A stretch of DNA of 64,000 nucleotides from Oscillospiraceae bacterium (GCA_015068765.1 SVJY01000001.1:6863-70862); one strand, 5' to 3'; positions 29,455 through 39,487 are shown, numbered from the stretch's first letter. Notes: generated by a model not told the origin, from the letters alone. Numbers and translations are program-made.

Positions 29455-31188
29455 ATGCCACTTGATGCCACTGCCATCGCCTGCATGACACATGAATTAC
29501 GCATACGCCTTCAAGACGGAAGGATTGATAAGGTCTATCAGCCGGAACGGGATGAAATTACCCTTTCTGTCCGCACGCTGCGGGAGACAGTTCGTCTTGC
29601 TGTCAGTGCAGGGCACACGAACCCTCGGCTGCATATAACAGAGGTACGGAAAAAGAACCCTGCGGATGCACCCATGTTCTGCATGCTTCTCCGGAAGCAT
29701 CTTGCCGGCGGCAAAATCACGGACATTACGCAGCCGGATTTTGAACGGATACTGCGTTTTACCGTTCGCACGCATAACGAGCTGGGCGATTTGACGGAGC
29801 GATTTTTGTATGCGGAGTTTACAGGGCGGAATCCGAATATTATTCTTACCGACGAAAACGGAAAAATTATAGATGCGGCACATCATACCGATTTATCTTC
29901 AGGACGGACTATTTTGCCGGGAATGACGTACACACCGCCTCCCTTGCAGGAAAAAGAAAATCCCCTCCTTGCGGATGCGGAGCGTTGCACGGCCCTCTTG
30001 GAAACGATGCCCCAGGCACTGGCGGAAAAGGCACTCGTCACCCTGTTTCGGGGCATAAGTCCTATGGCAGCTCGATGCATTGCGGCGGAAAGCTGTGGGC
30101 GGGAGGATGTGCAGGTCGAGGGCAATATTTCGGCACTTGCCGCCGGCATAGTGCGGTTTTTTGACCGGGTCAAACAAGGGGAATTTTCTCCATCGCTTCT
30201 GATAACACCGGAAGGCATACCGGCTGATTTTACTGCCTATGCGCCTTTTGCCTGCCGGGATGTGTTGACCGTAGAGAAGGCAGAAAGCCTTTCCGCCGTC
30301 ATGGATGCCTTCTATACACGCCGGGACCAAAGCGACAGAATGCGGCAAAAGGGTGCAAGCCTTAAGAAACGTGCCGTTTCCCTTCTGGAAAGGACGCGAA
30401 AGAAAATCAGCATCCATGAGGCTACCCTTGCTGATACGGCGAATATGGAGCAGTACAGAATCTACGGCGAGCTTCTCTGTGCAAATTTGTACCGTGTCCG
30501 CCCGGGCGACACGGAGGTGACGCTCGAAAATTTCTATAATAATATGGAACCCATCCGGATTCCGTTGGATAAAACGAAAGGGGCTTCCGCCAATGCACAG
30601 CTGTATTTCAAAAAATACAGAAAGCTAAAAACGGCGGCAGTGGTTGTGCAGGAAGAGCTTGTCCGTGCAAAAGAGGAAGCGGCGTACATGGAAACAGTGG
30701 TGGATGCCATCAGCCGGGCAGAGGACGAGGATGCACTTGCGGAAATCCGGCGGGAGCTTTCTTCCGGGGGATATATTAAGGAAGAAATCCGGGGGAAAAA
30801 GCAAAAGGATGTGCCGGCGGCACCACTGCGGTTTACACTGGGAGACTTTTCTGTTTTGGTGGGACGGAATAACCGGCAAAACGATCAGGTTACGCTCCGG
30901 CTTTCACGGGCGGAGGATATATGGCTGCATACGAAAAATATTCCCGGCTCTCATGTGCTGATTCAGGCGATGCACAGGGAAGTGCCGGAGGAAGTGATTC
31001 GTCGGGCGGCGGAGATTGCCGCATGGTACAGTGCTGGGCAAAGAAGTGCCCAAGTGCCTGTAGACTTTACGGCAGTGAAGAACGTGTGGAAGCCCTCCGG
31101 CGCAAAGCCGGGAATGGTGCTTTACGAAAAACAACATACAGTGTATGTGACGCCTGTCTGCCCCGAAATCGACAGCAAAAGGGAATAA
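29455..31188 (+). CDS. rqcH: Ribosome quality-control protein RqcH (NFACT family; formerly fibronectin-binding protein A / YloA)
   Basis: 577 aa. N-terminal NFACT-N (DKVYQPERDEITL), a coiled-coil middle and a C-terminal NFACT-R/DUF814 domain (VLVGRNNRQNDQVT..IWLHTKNIPGSHV). Confidence 0.88.
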   Translation: MPLDATAIACMTHELRIRLQDGRIDKVYQPERDEITLSVRTLRETVRLAVSAGHTNPRLHITEVRKKNPADAPMFCMLLRKHLAGGKITDITQPDFERILRFTVRTHNELGDLTERFLYAEFTGRNPNIILTDENGKIIDAAHHTDLSSGRTILPGMTYTPPPLQEKENPLLADAERCTALLETMPQALAEKALVTLFRGISPMAARCIAAESCGREDVQVEGNISALAAGIVRFFDRVKQGEFSPSLLITPEGIPADFTAYAPFACRDVLTVEKAESLSAVMDAFYTRRDQSDRMRQKGASLKKRAVSLLERTRKKISIHEATLADTANMEQYRIYGELLCANLYRVRPGDTEVTLENFYNNMEPIRIPLDKTKGASANAQLYFKKYRKLKTAAVVVQEELVRAKEEAAYMETVVDAISRAEDEDALAEIRRELSSGGYIKEEIRGKKQKDVPAAPLRFTLGDFSVLVGRNNRQNDQVTLRLSRAEDIWLHTKNIPGSHVLIQAMHREVPEEVIRRAAEIAAWYSAGQRSAQVPVDFTAVKNVWKPSGAKPGMVLYEKQHTVYVTPVCPEIDSKRE

Positions 31189-31212
31189 ACCTGTAAATTT
31201 TTTGAAAAAAGC

Positions 31213-31241
31213 TTGCAATTTAAAAAAACGCAGTATATAAT
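31213..31241 (+). promoter_or_regulatory. Candidate promoter of the ABC transporter operon
   Basis: -35 TTGCAA (31213-31218), 17-bp spacer, -10 TATAAT (31236-31241). Confidence 0.65.
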
Positions 31242-31277
31242 ATATGCGATTAAAAAAATTTTTTGGAGGTATAGACC

Positions 31278-32072
31278 ATGAAAAAAGTATTATTGTTCAT
31301 GCTGGCAGCTGTGCTGGTATTTTCCTTTACAGCTTGCACTAACACTGCAGAGCCGGCACAAAGCCCGGAAGCTTCTCCGGTAGCAGAAGCTACGTACACA
31401 GGCACCTACACCGAACCCCTGAAGATGGGTACCAATGCCGCATTTCCTCCCTATGAATACAAAGAGGGCGAGGCATTTAAGGGTATCGACGTTGAAATCG
31501 CTACCGCAATCGCAGAAGAGCTCGGCACCACACTGGAAGTAGTGGATATGGAATTTGATGCCATTATCACAGCTGTACAGCAGGGCGAGGTAAACTTCGG
31601 TATGGCAGGTATGACCGTTACCGACGAACGTAAAGAACAGGTTGACTTTACTTCAAGCTATGCAACAGGCGTCCAGGTTGTTATCGTATCGGAAGATTCC
31701 GCTATTGCCACATTGGATGATCTGGCAGGCAAGAAGATCGGCACACAGCTGGGCACCACCGGCGACATGTACTCCAAGGATGATTACGGCGAAGAAAACG
31801 TAACCAGCTACGGCAAGGGTGCAGACGCTGTTATCGCACTCAAGGGCGGCGACGTTGACGCTGTTATTATCGACAACGAGCCGGCAAAAGCTTTCGTTGC
31901 GGAAAATGAAGGTCTGAAGATTCTGGAAACAGAATATGCGATTGAAGACTATGCAATCGCAGTTGCCAAAGAAAACACTGCATTACTGGCAGACATCAAT
32001 GCCGCACTGGAAAAGCTGACAGCTGACGGCACGATTGATGCAATCGTTGCAAGCTACATTAAAGCAGAATAA
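31278..32072 (+). CDS. Polar amino-acid ABC transporter substrate-binding lipoprotein
   Basis: 264 aa. Lipobox FSFTAC. Family-3 SBP features (GIDVEIA, GMTVTDER.E.VDF). Substrate not determinable. Confidence 0.88.
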   Translation: MKKVLLFMLAAVLVFSFTACTNTAEPAQSPEASPVAEATYTGTYTEPLKMGTNAAFPPYEYKEGEAFKGIDVEIATAIAEELGTTLEVVDMEFDAIITAVQQGEVNFGMAGMTVTDERKEQVDFTSSYATGVQVVIVSEDSAIATLDDLAGKKIGTQLGTTGDMYSKDDYGEENVTSYGKGADAVIALKGGDVDAVIIDNEPAKAFVAENEGLKILETEYAIEDYAIAVAKENTALLADINAALEKLTADGTIDAIVASYIKAE

Positions 32073-32097
32073 TCTGAAATAAAAAGCTGTACAAAAA

Positions 32098-32122
32098 GCG
32101 GGAGCGTCCCTCCCGCTTTTTG
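32098..32122 (+). terminator. Rho-independent terminator/attenuator after the SBP gene
   Basis: GCGGGAG-cgtcc-CTCCCGC followed by TTTTTG. Confidence 0.75.
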
Positions 32123-32200
32123 TCCGATAATAGGTTAGACAGTTCCTTTAAGTGTAAAAAGTCTTTTACCTTTAAAAGAATTGTTTAAAGGAGAGTTTTC

Positions 32201-33583
32201 ATGCATAAGAAGAAACGGATTATCGTCGGTGTAGTGCTGGCGCTTGTTGTCGCACTCATAGGGGGGCTTGCCCTCGCACTTCGCAGTGGTACAACGGCTT
32301 CCGATATTACAAAGGAAGCGGCTGAGGCTGTGGTAAATCAGCAACTGGATGCCCTTGCCGTTGCGAAGGCATCCCAGCTTGTGGCGGAGAAAAACCATGT
32401 TACCGTAAACGAAATATCCTTCGGTAACGAAAAGGATATTATTCTGGACTGTACGGTGAAAACCGTAGACGTTCACGGAGCAGTTGCACCGTTTTATGAC
32501 GTTTTTCTGTCTGCCGATGAAAGAAAAGACGGGACCGGTATGTATAAATCCAAGCTTCACTTTAAGCTGGAATTTGAGCCTATCCTCATGGAGCTTCTGC
32601 AAGGGGCAGAGGAAAAGGAGGCGGATTGTCGCATTTATCTGTATGAGCTGAAAGACGGTCTTGTTCTGTATGCAGACAATGCGGTTGTCAACACAGTGTT
32701 CGGCGGGCTTCGGGATATGGAAGCGGAGATTGAAAACAAAAACACAGCCATCCGCACCAATCCGGACGGGACAACCGAGGTAAAAGAATTTGAATCCGGT
32801 AACATTAAGCAGGGATTTTTGGACTGTCTGGAAGTCAGACAAAACGAAAAGCCGGATACGGCGTCTGCCTTCGTCCGCTTCTGGAATAAACAGCAGAAGA
32901 CCTTCCACAAGAATTTTATCGAGGCCGGTAGGTGGAAAACAATTTTCAAGGGTCTTTGGACGACGATACGGCTTACCGTATTTGCCCTTCTCCTGGGTAT
33001 TGTCATTGGTTTTCTGGTTGCCTTTATCCGGGCCACCTATCTTAAGCTTACAAAACGTGGTATTATTCTTAAAATACTGAATGCTATCTGTCAGGTTTAT
33101 CTCACCGTCATACGGGGTACGCCCGTTGTGGTGCAGATTATGATTATTTACTTTGTTATCTTCATGCCCCTGGGTATTGATAAATTCCTTGCGGCGGTTG
33201 TTTGTTTCGGGCTCAATTCCGGTGCATACGTGGCAGAAATCGTCCGTGGCGGCATCATGAGCGTGGATAACGGGCAGACAGAGGCAGGACGAAGCCTTGG
33301 CTTCGGGTATATGCCGACCATGTTCCACATCGTTTTCCCGCAGGCGTTTAAGACCGTTCTTCCGGCACTCGCCAATGAATTTGTTGTACTTTTGAAGGAA
33401 ACGTCGATCGCCTTCTACATCGGTCTTGGGGACCTGATGTATTCCATCAATGCAATCCGTGCGGCAACCTATACGGCTTTTATGCCACTCGTTGCATCGG
33501 CGATTATCTACTTGATTATGGTGCTTATTTTGCAGCATCTTGTCACCCTTTTGGAAAGGAGGCTGCGTAACAGTGAAAGATAA
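32201..33583 (+). CDS. Amino-acid ABC transporter permease with an N-terminal extension of about 240 aa
   Basis: 460 aa. The C-terminal ~215 aa are a typical His/Glu/Gln/Arg-type permease (EAA-like loop [11 protein letters not shown]). The N-terminal part has one TM segment ([21 protein letters not shown]) followed by a soluble-looking domain with no motif I recognise. Confidence 0.85.
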   Translation: MHKKKRIIVGVVLALVVALIGGLALALRSGTTASDITKEAAEAVVNQQLDALAVAKASQLVAEKNHVTVNEISFGNEKDIILDCTVKTVDVHGAVAPFYDVFLSADERKDGTGMYKSKLHFKLEFEPILMELLQGAEEKEADCRIYLYELKDGLVLYADNAVVNTVFGGLRDMEAEIENKNTAIRTNPDGTTEVKEFESGNIKQGFLDCLEVRQNEKPDTASAFVRFWNKQQKTFHKNFIEAGRWKTIFKGLWTTIRLTVFALLLGIVIGFLVAFIRATYLKLTKRGIILKILNAICQVYLTVIRGTPVVVQIMIIYFVIFMPLGIDKFLAAVVCFGLNSGAYVAEIVRGGIMSVDNGQTEAGRSLGFGYMPTMFHIVFPQAFKTVLPALANEFVVLLKETSIAFYIGLGDLMYSINAIRAATYTAFMPLVASAIIYLIMVLILQHLVTLLERRLRNSER

Positions 33584-34319
33584 AAAGGAAATCATTATCC
33601 GTACCGAGGGACTTTCTAAATGCTTTAAAGGCAGTATTCACGCCCTTTCCAATGTGAACACAGAGATTCACCGGGGCGAGGTTGTGGTGGTTATCGGTCC
33701 TTCGGGAAGCGGAAAGTCTACATATTTACGCTCTTTAAATCTTTTGGAGGAGCCCACGGACGGTCGCATATTCTTTGAAGGTACCGACATTACGGCACCG
33801 AAAACGGATATCAATGCAGTCCGGCAGAAGATGGGGATGGTGTTTCAGCAGTTCAACCTTTTTCCCCACTACACCGTGCTTCGCAATATGACGCTGGCAC
33901 CTATGAAGCTTTTGAAAATGCCTCGTGCACAGGCGGAAGAAATGGCGTATGGCCTTTTGGAACGGGTTGGTCTTCGCGACCGTGCCGATGCATACCCCTC
34001 CCAGCTTTCCGGCGGACAAAAACAGAGAATTGCCATCGTGCGTGCCCTTTGCATGAGCCCGGATGTGATGCTGTTTGACGAGCCTACCAGTGCACTTGAC
34101 CCTGAAATGGTCGGCGAAGTTTTGGATGTTATGAAGCAGCTTGCCCGTGACGGTATGACCATGGTCATCGTAACCCACGAAATGGGCTTTGCCCGTGAAG
34201 TGGCGGATACGGTGCTTTTTATGGACGGCGGCTCCGTTATTGAAAAAGGGACACCTGCGGAGATTTTTGAAAATCCACAGAGTCCCCGTACCCAATCCTT
34301 TTTGCGTAAAATTTTATAA
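33573..34319 (+). CDS. Amino-acid ABC transporter ATP-binding protein
   Basis: Walker [10 protein letters not shown], signature LSGGQKQR, Walker [15 protein letters not shown] 33573 behind GGAAAGGAGG is preferred over the track start 33540. Confidence 0.93.
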   Translation: MKDKKEIIIRTEGLSKCFKGSIHALSNVNTEIHRGEVVVVIGPSGSGKSTYLRSLNLLEEPTDGRIFFEGTDITAPKTDINAVRQKMGMVFQQFNLFPHYTVLRNMTLAPMKLLKMPRAQAEEMAYGLLERVGLRDRADAYPSQLSGGQKQRIAIVRALCMSPDVMLFDEPTSALDPEMVGEVLDVMKQLARDGMTMVIVTHEMGFAREVADTVLFMDGGSVIEKGTPAEIFENPQSPRTQSFLRKIL

Positions 34320-34349
34320 CATAAATCTTAAGAAAGAAGGTATTTTACA

Positions 34350-35423
34350 ATGAAACTGAAAGAAAACTGTAAGTGGTCTTTGGTCGTTCCCACCAGCATG
34401 GGTGTGAGAATTACACCTGAAAACGGTCAGCCCACACATGCAAGCGACCGGTTCATCATGCAGGCAACCAGTGCAGAAACGAACGTGGCCAGCGTATCCT
34501 CCTACCTGGGTCTCCCGGTAAAGGTGCTGACAACCTTCGTAAAGGGTAGCCCGATTGCACACTTTATCAAGAGTAATTTGTCCGCACGTCACATGGCTTA
34601 CGAGGGCAAGGAAGTGGAGCAGGGCGGTCCCTGGGGCTACCGTCACCAGTTCAATATTGCTGATAGCGGCTACGGCTCCCGTGGACCCCGTGTACAGAAC
34701 GACAGAGCCGGTGAAGTCGGCAGAACACTGAATATCAAGGATTTCGACCTGGAACGTATTTTCGGTGAAGAAGGCGTACAGGTACTGCACCTTTCCGGTC
34801 TGATCGCGGCCCTTTCTCCCGATACCACTACATTCTGTCTTGAGCTTGCACGTGCTGCCAAAAAGTACGGCACCCTGATTTCCTTTGACCTTAACCACCG
34901 TGCATCCTTCTGGATCGGCCGTGAAGAAGAGCTCCATAAGAGCTTTGCCGAAATCGCAAGCGTTTCCGATATTCTCATCGGCAACGAAGAAGACTTCCAG
35001 CTTTGCCTCGGCATCGAAGGCCCGGAAGCAGGCGGTAAGGACATCGGTTCTAAAATTGAATCCTTCAAGGGTATGATTATGGAAGTGAAGAAGGCATATC
35101 CCCATACTTCCGTATATGCTACCACACTGCGTCAGGTTGTAAACACCAACTGCCACCTCTGGGGCGGCATTATGCTGGAAGGGGACAACTGGCACGTTGT
35201 GGAGCCCCGTGAAATTCACGTTCTCGACCGTATCGGCGGCGGCGACGGCTTTGTTGGCGGTATGCTCTATGCAATCCTCCGTGGCTGGGAGCCGGAAAAA
35301 TGGATTCAGTTCGGTTGGGCGAGCGGTGCCATGGCAACCACCTTCCTCACAGACTATGCACAGCCGGCAGATGAAGAACAGGTCTGGAGCATTTGGGAAG
35401 GCAATGCCCGCGTAAAGAGATAA
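34350..35423 (+). CDS. PfkB-family carbohydrate kinase (KdgK-like)
   Basis: 357 aa. Ribokinase-fold features, including the C-terminal anion-hole motif DRIGGGDGFVGG. Substrate unknown. Confidence 0.8.
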   Translation: MKLKENCKWSLVVPTSMGVRITPENGQPTHASDRFIMQATSAETNVASVSSYLGLPVKVLTTFVKGSPIAHFIKSNLSARHMAYEGKEVEQGGPWGYRHQFNIADSGYGSRGPRVQNDRAGEVGRTLNIKDFDLERIFGEEGVQVLHLSGLIAALSPDTTTFCLELARAAKKYGTLISFDLNHRASFWIGREEELHKSFAEIASVSDILIGNEEDFQLCLGIEGPEAGGKDIGSKIESFKGMIMEVKKAYPHTSVYATTLRQVVNTNCHLWGGIMLEGDNWHVVEPREIHVLDRIGGGDGFVGGMLYAILRGWEPEKWIQFGWASGAMATTFLTDYAQPADEEQVWSIWEGNARVKR

Positions 35424-35450
35424 TAAAGACAAAGAGAGATAATAAAAGAT

Positions 35451-36533
35451 ATGGAAAAGAAACTTTTCTGCATAGCCGAGGGGTTTCTGCCGACAGGGGC
35501 GATCCGAAGCATTGCCCCGCTCGGTATTGGGAACATAAATGATTCTTTCCTTGCGGAGGGAGAGGAGAAATATGTTCTCCAACGCATTAACACGGATGTG
35601 TTTACAGACCCCGTAGGCGTTATGCAAAATATTCAGCTTGTGTGTGCCCACCTAGAAGAAAAAATCAAGGCGGAGGGTGGTAACCCTTGGCGTGAATCCT
35701 TGCAGTTTCTCCCGACACGGGCAGACGGTACGCTTCTTTATATAGCAGAAGACGGCACGGTGTGGCGTATGTACCGTTTTGTGGACGATGTGGTGACACT
35801 GCAGAACGCGGCTTCGCCCGATGCGGCATATAAAGCCGCCCTTGCCTTTGGACAGTTCCAGAGCCGACTGGCGGATTTTGATGCCACAAGGCTTGTGGAA
35901 ACCATTCCGGATTTTCACAACACAAAAAAACGGTGGGACGTGTTTTGCAAGGCAGTGGACGAGGACAGAGCAAACCGCGCTTTGGAAGTAAAGGACTTGA
36001 TTAAAACGGCAGAGCGACTTTCTTACCTTGCACCGGCACTGACCGGTTTGGTAGAAAAAGGAGAACTGCCTGTCCGTGTAACCCATAACGATACGAAAAT
36101 CAACAATGTTTTGTTCGATAAGACCACAGGGAACGGCATTTGCGTGATCGACCTGGATACGGTCATGCCGGCAACGGCCCTCTATGACTTTGGCGATATG
36201 GTACGTTCCGGTGCCAACGCCACCGATGAAGAGGATACAGACCTTTCACGCGTATCGCTGGATATGGCGTATTACGCCGCCTTCCTCCGGGGCTTTTTAG
36301 ACGGTACAGGCGGACGGCTCACCCGAGCGGAGAAGGAAAACCTGGCACAAAGTGCATTGGTCATCACCTTTGAACTGGCAATCCGTTTCCTTGGCGATTA
36401 TTTAAACGGCGATGTGTATTTTTCTATTCGTACGCCCCGACATAATGCCCAGCGGGCGGCGAATCAGCTTCAGCTCGTGTGCGATATGGAGAAAAAATAC
36501 GAAGCAATGCAGAAAATGCTGGATACAATTTAA
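35451..36533 (+). CDS. APH-fold phosphotransferase, N-acetylhexosamine-1-kinase (NahK)-like
   Basis: 360 aa. Catalytic loop THNDTKINNVLFD, metal-binding VIDLDTVMP..YDFGD. The subfamily assignment is from memory of NahK motifs. Substrate unverified. Confidence 0.7.
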   Translation: MEKKLFCIAEGFLPTGAIRSIAPLGIGNINDSFLAEGEEKYVLQRINTDVFTDPVGVMQNIQLVCAHLEEKIKAEGGNPWRESLQFLPTRADGTLLYIAEDGTVWRMYRFVDDVVTLQNAASPDAAYKAALAFGQFQSRLADFDATRLVETIPDFHNTKKRWDVFCKAVDEDRANRALEVKDLIKTAERLSYLAPALTGLVEKGELPVRVTHNDTKINNVLFDKTTGNGICVIDLDTVMPATALYDFGDMVRSGANATDEEDTDLSRVSLDMAYYAAFLRGFLDGTGGRLTRAEKENLAQSALVITFELAIRFLGDYLNGDVYFSIRTPRHNAQRAANQLQLVCDMEKKYEAMQKMLDTI

Positions 36534-36534
36534 G

Positions 36535-36578
36535 ACACAAATTAAGACCACCGGTCTACCGGTGGTCTTAATTTGTGT
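36535..36578. terminator. Bidirectional terminator: perfect 20-bp stem
   Basis: ACACAAATTAAGACCACCGG-tcta-CCGGTGGTCTTAATTTGTGT, between convergent stops at 36533 (+) and 36578 (-). A GC core is flanked by A/T-rich arms that can act as U-tracts in both directions. Confidence 0.8.
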
Positions 36579-36955
36579 TATTTGTCCGCAGCCTGCTTCT
36601 CCAGCCACGCCTTCAGCTTTTCAAAGGTTTCCGTGCTGATATCGTGCTCGATTTTACAGCTATCCGCATAGGCCGTCTCCTTGTTGACGCCGATATGCAT
36701 CAGTGCAGAGGCGATAACTTGATGCCGTTCATATATAGAGTGAGCGATTTCCATCCCCTTTTCTGTTAAGGCAATGCTACCGTCTTCGTCTGTAGTAATG
36801 TAGCCTTCTTCTCGGAAATGCTTCATGGCAACAGAAATGCTTGGCTTTGAGAACTGTAGTGCGTTGGCAATATCTACACTGCGTACATATCCTCTCGTGT
36901 TTTTCAGCATCAATATGGTTTCCAGATAGTTTTCAGCAGATTCCTTGATTTGCAT
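36578..36955 (-). CDS. DtxR/MntR-family metal-dependent transcriptional regulator (short form, no SH3-like domain)
   Basis: 125 aa. N-terminal wHTH (ENYLETILML..RSVDIANALQFSKPSISVAMKHF) and a dimerisation/metal domain (ERHQVIA..L..IG). Confidence 0.85.
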   Translation of the reverse strand: MQIKESAENYLETILMLKNTRGYVRSVDIANALQFSKPSISVAMKHFREEGYITTDEDGSIALTEKGMEIAHSIYERHQVIASALMHIGVNKETAYADSCKIEHDISTETFEKLKAWLEKQAADK

Positions 36956-36984
36956 AGGCTACTCCTTCCGTATCGTATACAAAC

Positions 36985-37013
36985 ATTATACTACGAGAGA
37001 AAAGAAAAGTCAA
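36985..37013 (-). promoter_or_regulatory. Promoter of the DtxR-family regulator gene
   Basis: Minus strand: -35 TTGACT (37008-37013), 17-bp spacer, -10 TATAAT (36985-36990). It lies directly downstream of the copA stop. Confidence 0.65.
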
Positions 37014-37018
37014 ACATT

Positions 37019-37225
37019 TTATATACCTGTCACGGTATAGCCTTCGTTCTCCACAGCCTGGCGGAGCACCGTATCGCTCACAGGGTCGGATAGGGTCAAG
37101 ACGGCGGTGCCGGTGGCGTGACTGCATTCCGCGCTCGTAACGCCGTCAATGGACTCCAGAATTTTTTTGACCCGCCCTTCGCAGTGGGGGCACATCATTC
37201 CTTCAATGTGTATGGTTTTTTGCAT
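37019..37225 (-). other. CopZ-like HMA module fused in frame to the copA 3' end, with its own retained Shine-Dalgarno and ATG
   Basis: Minus strand AGAAAGGAGAAAAAGGAA-ATG(37225)-CAAAAAACCATACACATTGAAGGAATGATGTGCCCCCACTGC. The 68 codons from this ATG form a complete HMA fold (MQKTIHIEGMMCPHCEGRV...GYTVTGI). Confidence 0.6.
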
Positions 37226-39487
37226 TTCCTTTTTCTCCTTTCTTCTGATTTTTTTATCTTTGGCACCGGAATGAATTTGCAGGAAATTCAATCGCAGTGC
37301 ATTAGATACAACGCAGACGCTGGATAGGCTCATTGCCGCCGCACCGAACATAGGGGTGAGCTCGAGACCGAACAGAGGCAAAAACGCCCCGGCGGCCATC
37401 GGAATACCAAGTGTGTTATATATAAAGGCCCAGAAAAGATTCTGATGAATGTTTCGGAGTGTGCCTCGCCCAAGACGTATAGCGGCCACTGCGTCAGACA
37501 GACGGCTTCGGGTAAGCACCACATCGGCGGCATCGATGGCAATGTCCGTACCGGCACCAATGGCAATGCCCAGGTCTGCCCGTGTCAGGGCCGGGGCGTC
37601 ATTGATGCCGTCGCCAACCATGGCTGTTTTTCCTTTAGAAGCTAAGGCACGGATTTTTGCCTCTTTTTCTGCCGGCATCACGCTTGCAAGTACCTCGTCA
37701 ACACCTACCTCCCGTCCAATCGCTTGGGCGGTTTTTTTGTTATCGCCGGTGAGCATAACGGTGTGTATTCCCATTTTCTTCAGAGCCGAAATCGCTTCCC
37801 GGCTGTCGGGCTTTATAGCATCGCGGACGGCGATGATACCGAGAAAATGTTGATTTTTTACAAAGAAGAGCGGCGTTTTTCCATCTTCGGCAAGTGCCTC
37901 GGCATGACGTTCCACGTCCGAAGATAAGGCAACCTTTTCCCGGATAAAACGAAGATTGCCGCCATAAAGATCATCACCGGAAACGGTGGCGGAGACACCG
38001 CCGCCGGGCTGTATGGAAAAATCTTCCGTGGGGGTAAGGGGTACGCTGTCAAGCCTTGCCCGCTGTACAATGGCATATGCCAGCGGATGCTCACTTTTGA
38101 CTTCCAGAGAAAAAGCGAGGGCAAGAAGCTCTTCGGGTGTAATCCCTTCTGCAGGGAGAATATCCGTTACCACCGGTTTCCCTTCCGTAATTGTACCGGT
38201 TTTGTCCAGTGCCACTGTCTGGATGCGTCCTGCCATTTCCAGTGCTACCGCTGTTTTGAAAAGAATACTGTTTTTCGCACCCAGACCGCTACCCACCATA
38301 ATCGCCACCGGGGTAGCAAGCCCCAGTGCACAGGGACAGCTTATTACGAGGACGGATATTGCCTTTGTCAGTGCAAAGCCCACAGACTGACCGAGGCATA
38401 GCCATAGGACGGCAGTGAGGATTGCGATGAGGAGCACCACCGGCACAAAGATGCCGGAAACACGGTCCGCGGCCTTTGCGATGGGGGCTTTGGTGGCAGA
38501 GGCATCCGTCACCATACGGATAATCCGGGAGAGGGTGGTATCCTCACCTACATTTGTTGCACGGCATTTTATAAAGCCTGTAAGGCATACTGTGCCGGCA
38601 TGGACGGTGGACCCTTCTTCCTTTTCTGCCGGGATGCTCTCCCCGGTGAGGGCAGCTTCATCAACGGTGCCGTGTCCCTCCAAGGCGAGCCCGTCGGCCG
38701 GAATTGCGGCACCGCTTTTTACAATAAAAATATCGTTTTCCCGAACTTCTGAAGCTGGAATTTCCGTCTCCTGTCCATCTCGGAGCACAAGGGCAATTTT
38801 GGGCGTAAGCTTTATCAGCCCCTCGAGGGCACTTGTGGTTTTTCCCTTTGCCCGTGCCTCCAGCATTTTACCCAAGGTAATCAGCACCACAATCATGGCG
38901 GCGGATTCAAAATACAGACCGTGGAGAAGAGCGTGGGGATTTTCCGATCGGGTCATGGCAAAGAGAAGACATACGCTGTAAACGAAGGATGCGCCGGAGC
39001 CCAGTGCTACCAGTGTATCCATGTTGGGTGCCCGGCGGATAAGCCCCAGAGTGCCGTTTACAAAAAAGTGTCGGTTTAAAAGGAGAACGGTGGAAGAAAG
39101 GAGCATTTGCAAAAGACCCACCGCAAGCGGGTTCCCCGAAAAAAATGCCGGAAGCGGAAAATGCAGCATGTTGTGTCCCATAGAAACATACATAAGCACC
39201 AGTAAAACAAGCAGGGAAGAGCACAGCCGGAAAAGAAGCCCGGACGTTTCTGCATTCCGGGAGGCATCCTTCTTTGTCTCTTTTTTTTCGCCGGAGAGAC
39301 GGGCACCGTACCCCGCTTTTTCTACGGCGGCAATAATGGCATCAGGCTTTGCCGTACCGGAAACACCCACAGAATTTGTGAGCAGATTGACGGCGCAGCT
39401 CTCTACGCCCGGAACGGAACATACAGCCTTTTCTACACGGGCACTGCAGGCGGCACAGGTCATGCCGGTTACATCATATTTTTTCAT
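37019..39487 (-). CDS. copA: Copper-translocating P1B-type ATPase with both N-terminal and C-terminal HMA domains
   Basis: 822 aa. N-terminal HMA GMTCAACSARV. TM CPC motif SCPCALGLATP, then DKTGT and GDGINDAP. A second HMA, GMMCPHCEGRV, lies at the extreme C-terminus. Confidence 0.95.
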   Translation of the reverse strand: MKKYDVTGMTCAACSARVEKAVCSVPGVESCAVNLLTNSVGVSGTAKPDAIIAAVEKAGYGARLSGEKKETKKDASRNAETSGLLFRLCSSLLVLLVLMYVSMGHNMLHFPLPAFFSGNPLAVGLLQMLLSSTVLLLNRHFFVNGTLGLIRRAPNMDTLVALGSGASFVYSVCLLFAMTRSENPHALLHGLYFESAAMIVVLITLGKMLEARAKGKTTSALEGLIKLTPKIALVLRDGQETEIPASEVRENDIFIVKSGAAIPADGLALEGHGTVDEAALTGESIPAEKEEGSTVHAGTVCLTGFIKCRATNVGEDTTLSRIIRMVTDASATKAPIAKAADRVSGIFVPVVLLIAILTAVLWLCLGQSVGFALTKAISVLVISCPCALGLATPVAIMVGSGLGAKNSILFKTAVALEMAGRIQTVALDKTGTITEGKPVVTDILPAEGITPEELLALAFSLEVKSEHPLAYAIVQRARLDSVPLTPTEDFSIQPGGGVSATVSGDDLYGGNLRFIREKVALSSDVERHAEALAEDGKTPLFFVKNQHFLGIIAVRDAIKPDSREAISALKKMGIHTVMLTGDNKKTAQAIGREVGVDEVLASVMPAEKEAKIRALASKGKTAMVGDGINDAPALTRADLGIAIGAGTDIAIDAADVVLTRSRLSDAVAAIRLGRGTLRNIHQNLFWAFIYNTLGIPMAAGAFLPLFGLELTPMFGAAAMSLSSVCVVSNALRLNFLQIHSGAKDKKIRRKEKKEMQKTIHIEGMMCPHCEGRVKKILESIDGVTSAECSHATGTAVLTLSDPVSDTVLRQAVENEGYTVTGI

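Noticed and set aside
32135-33595. 486-aa minus-strand ORF covering the whole ABC permease gene
   Set aside because: It is antisense to a gene with clear permease homology. Its product is compositionally odd (His/Asn/Arg/Cys-rich, no motifs), and it has no RBS or promoter. Long antisense ORFs are expected in GC-biased coding DNA.
34314-35651. 445-aa minus-strand ORF opposite the PfkB kinase gene
   Set aside because: Same reasoning. The plus-strand product carries ribokinase-fold motifs and the antisense product has none.
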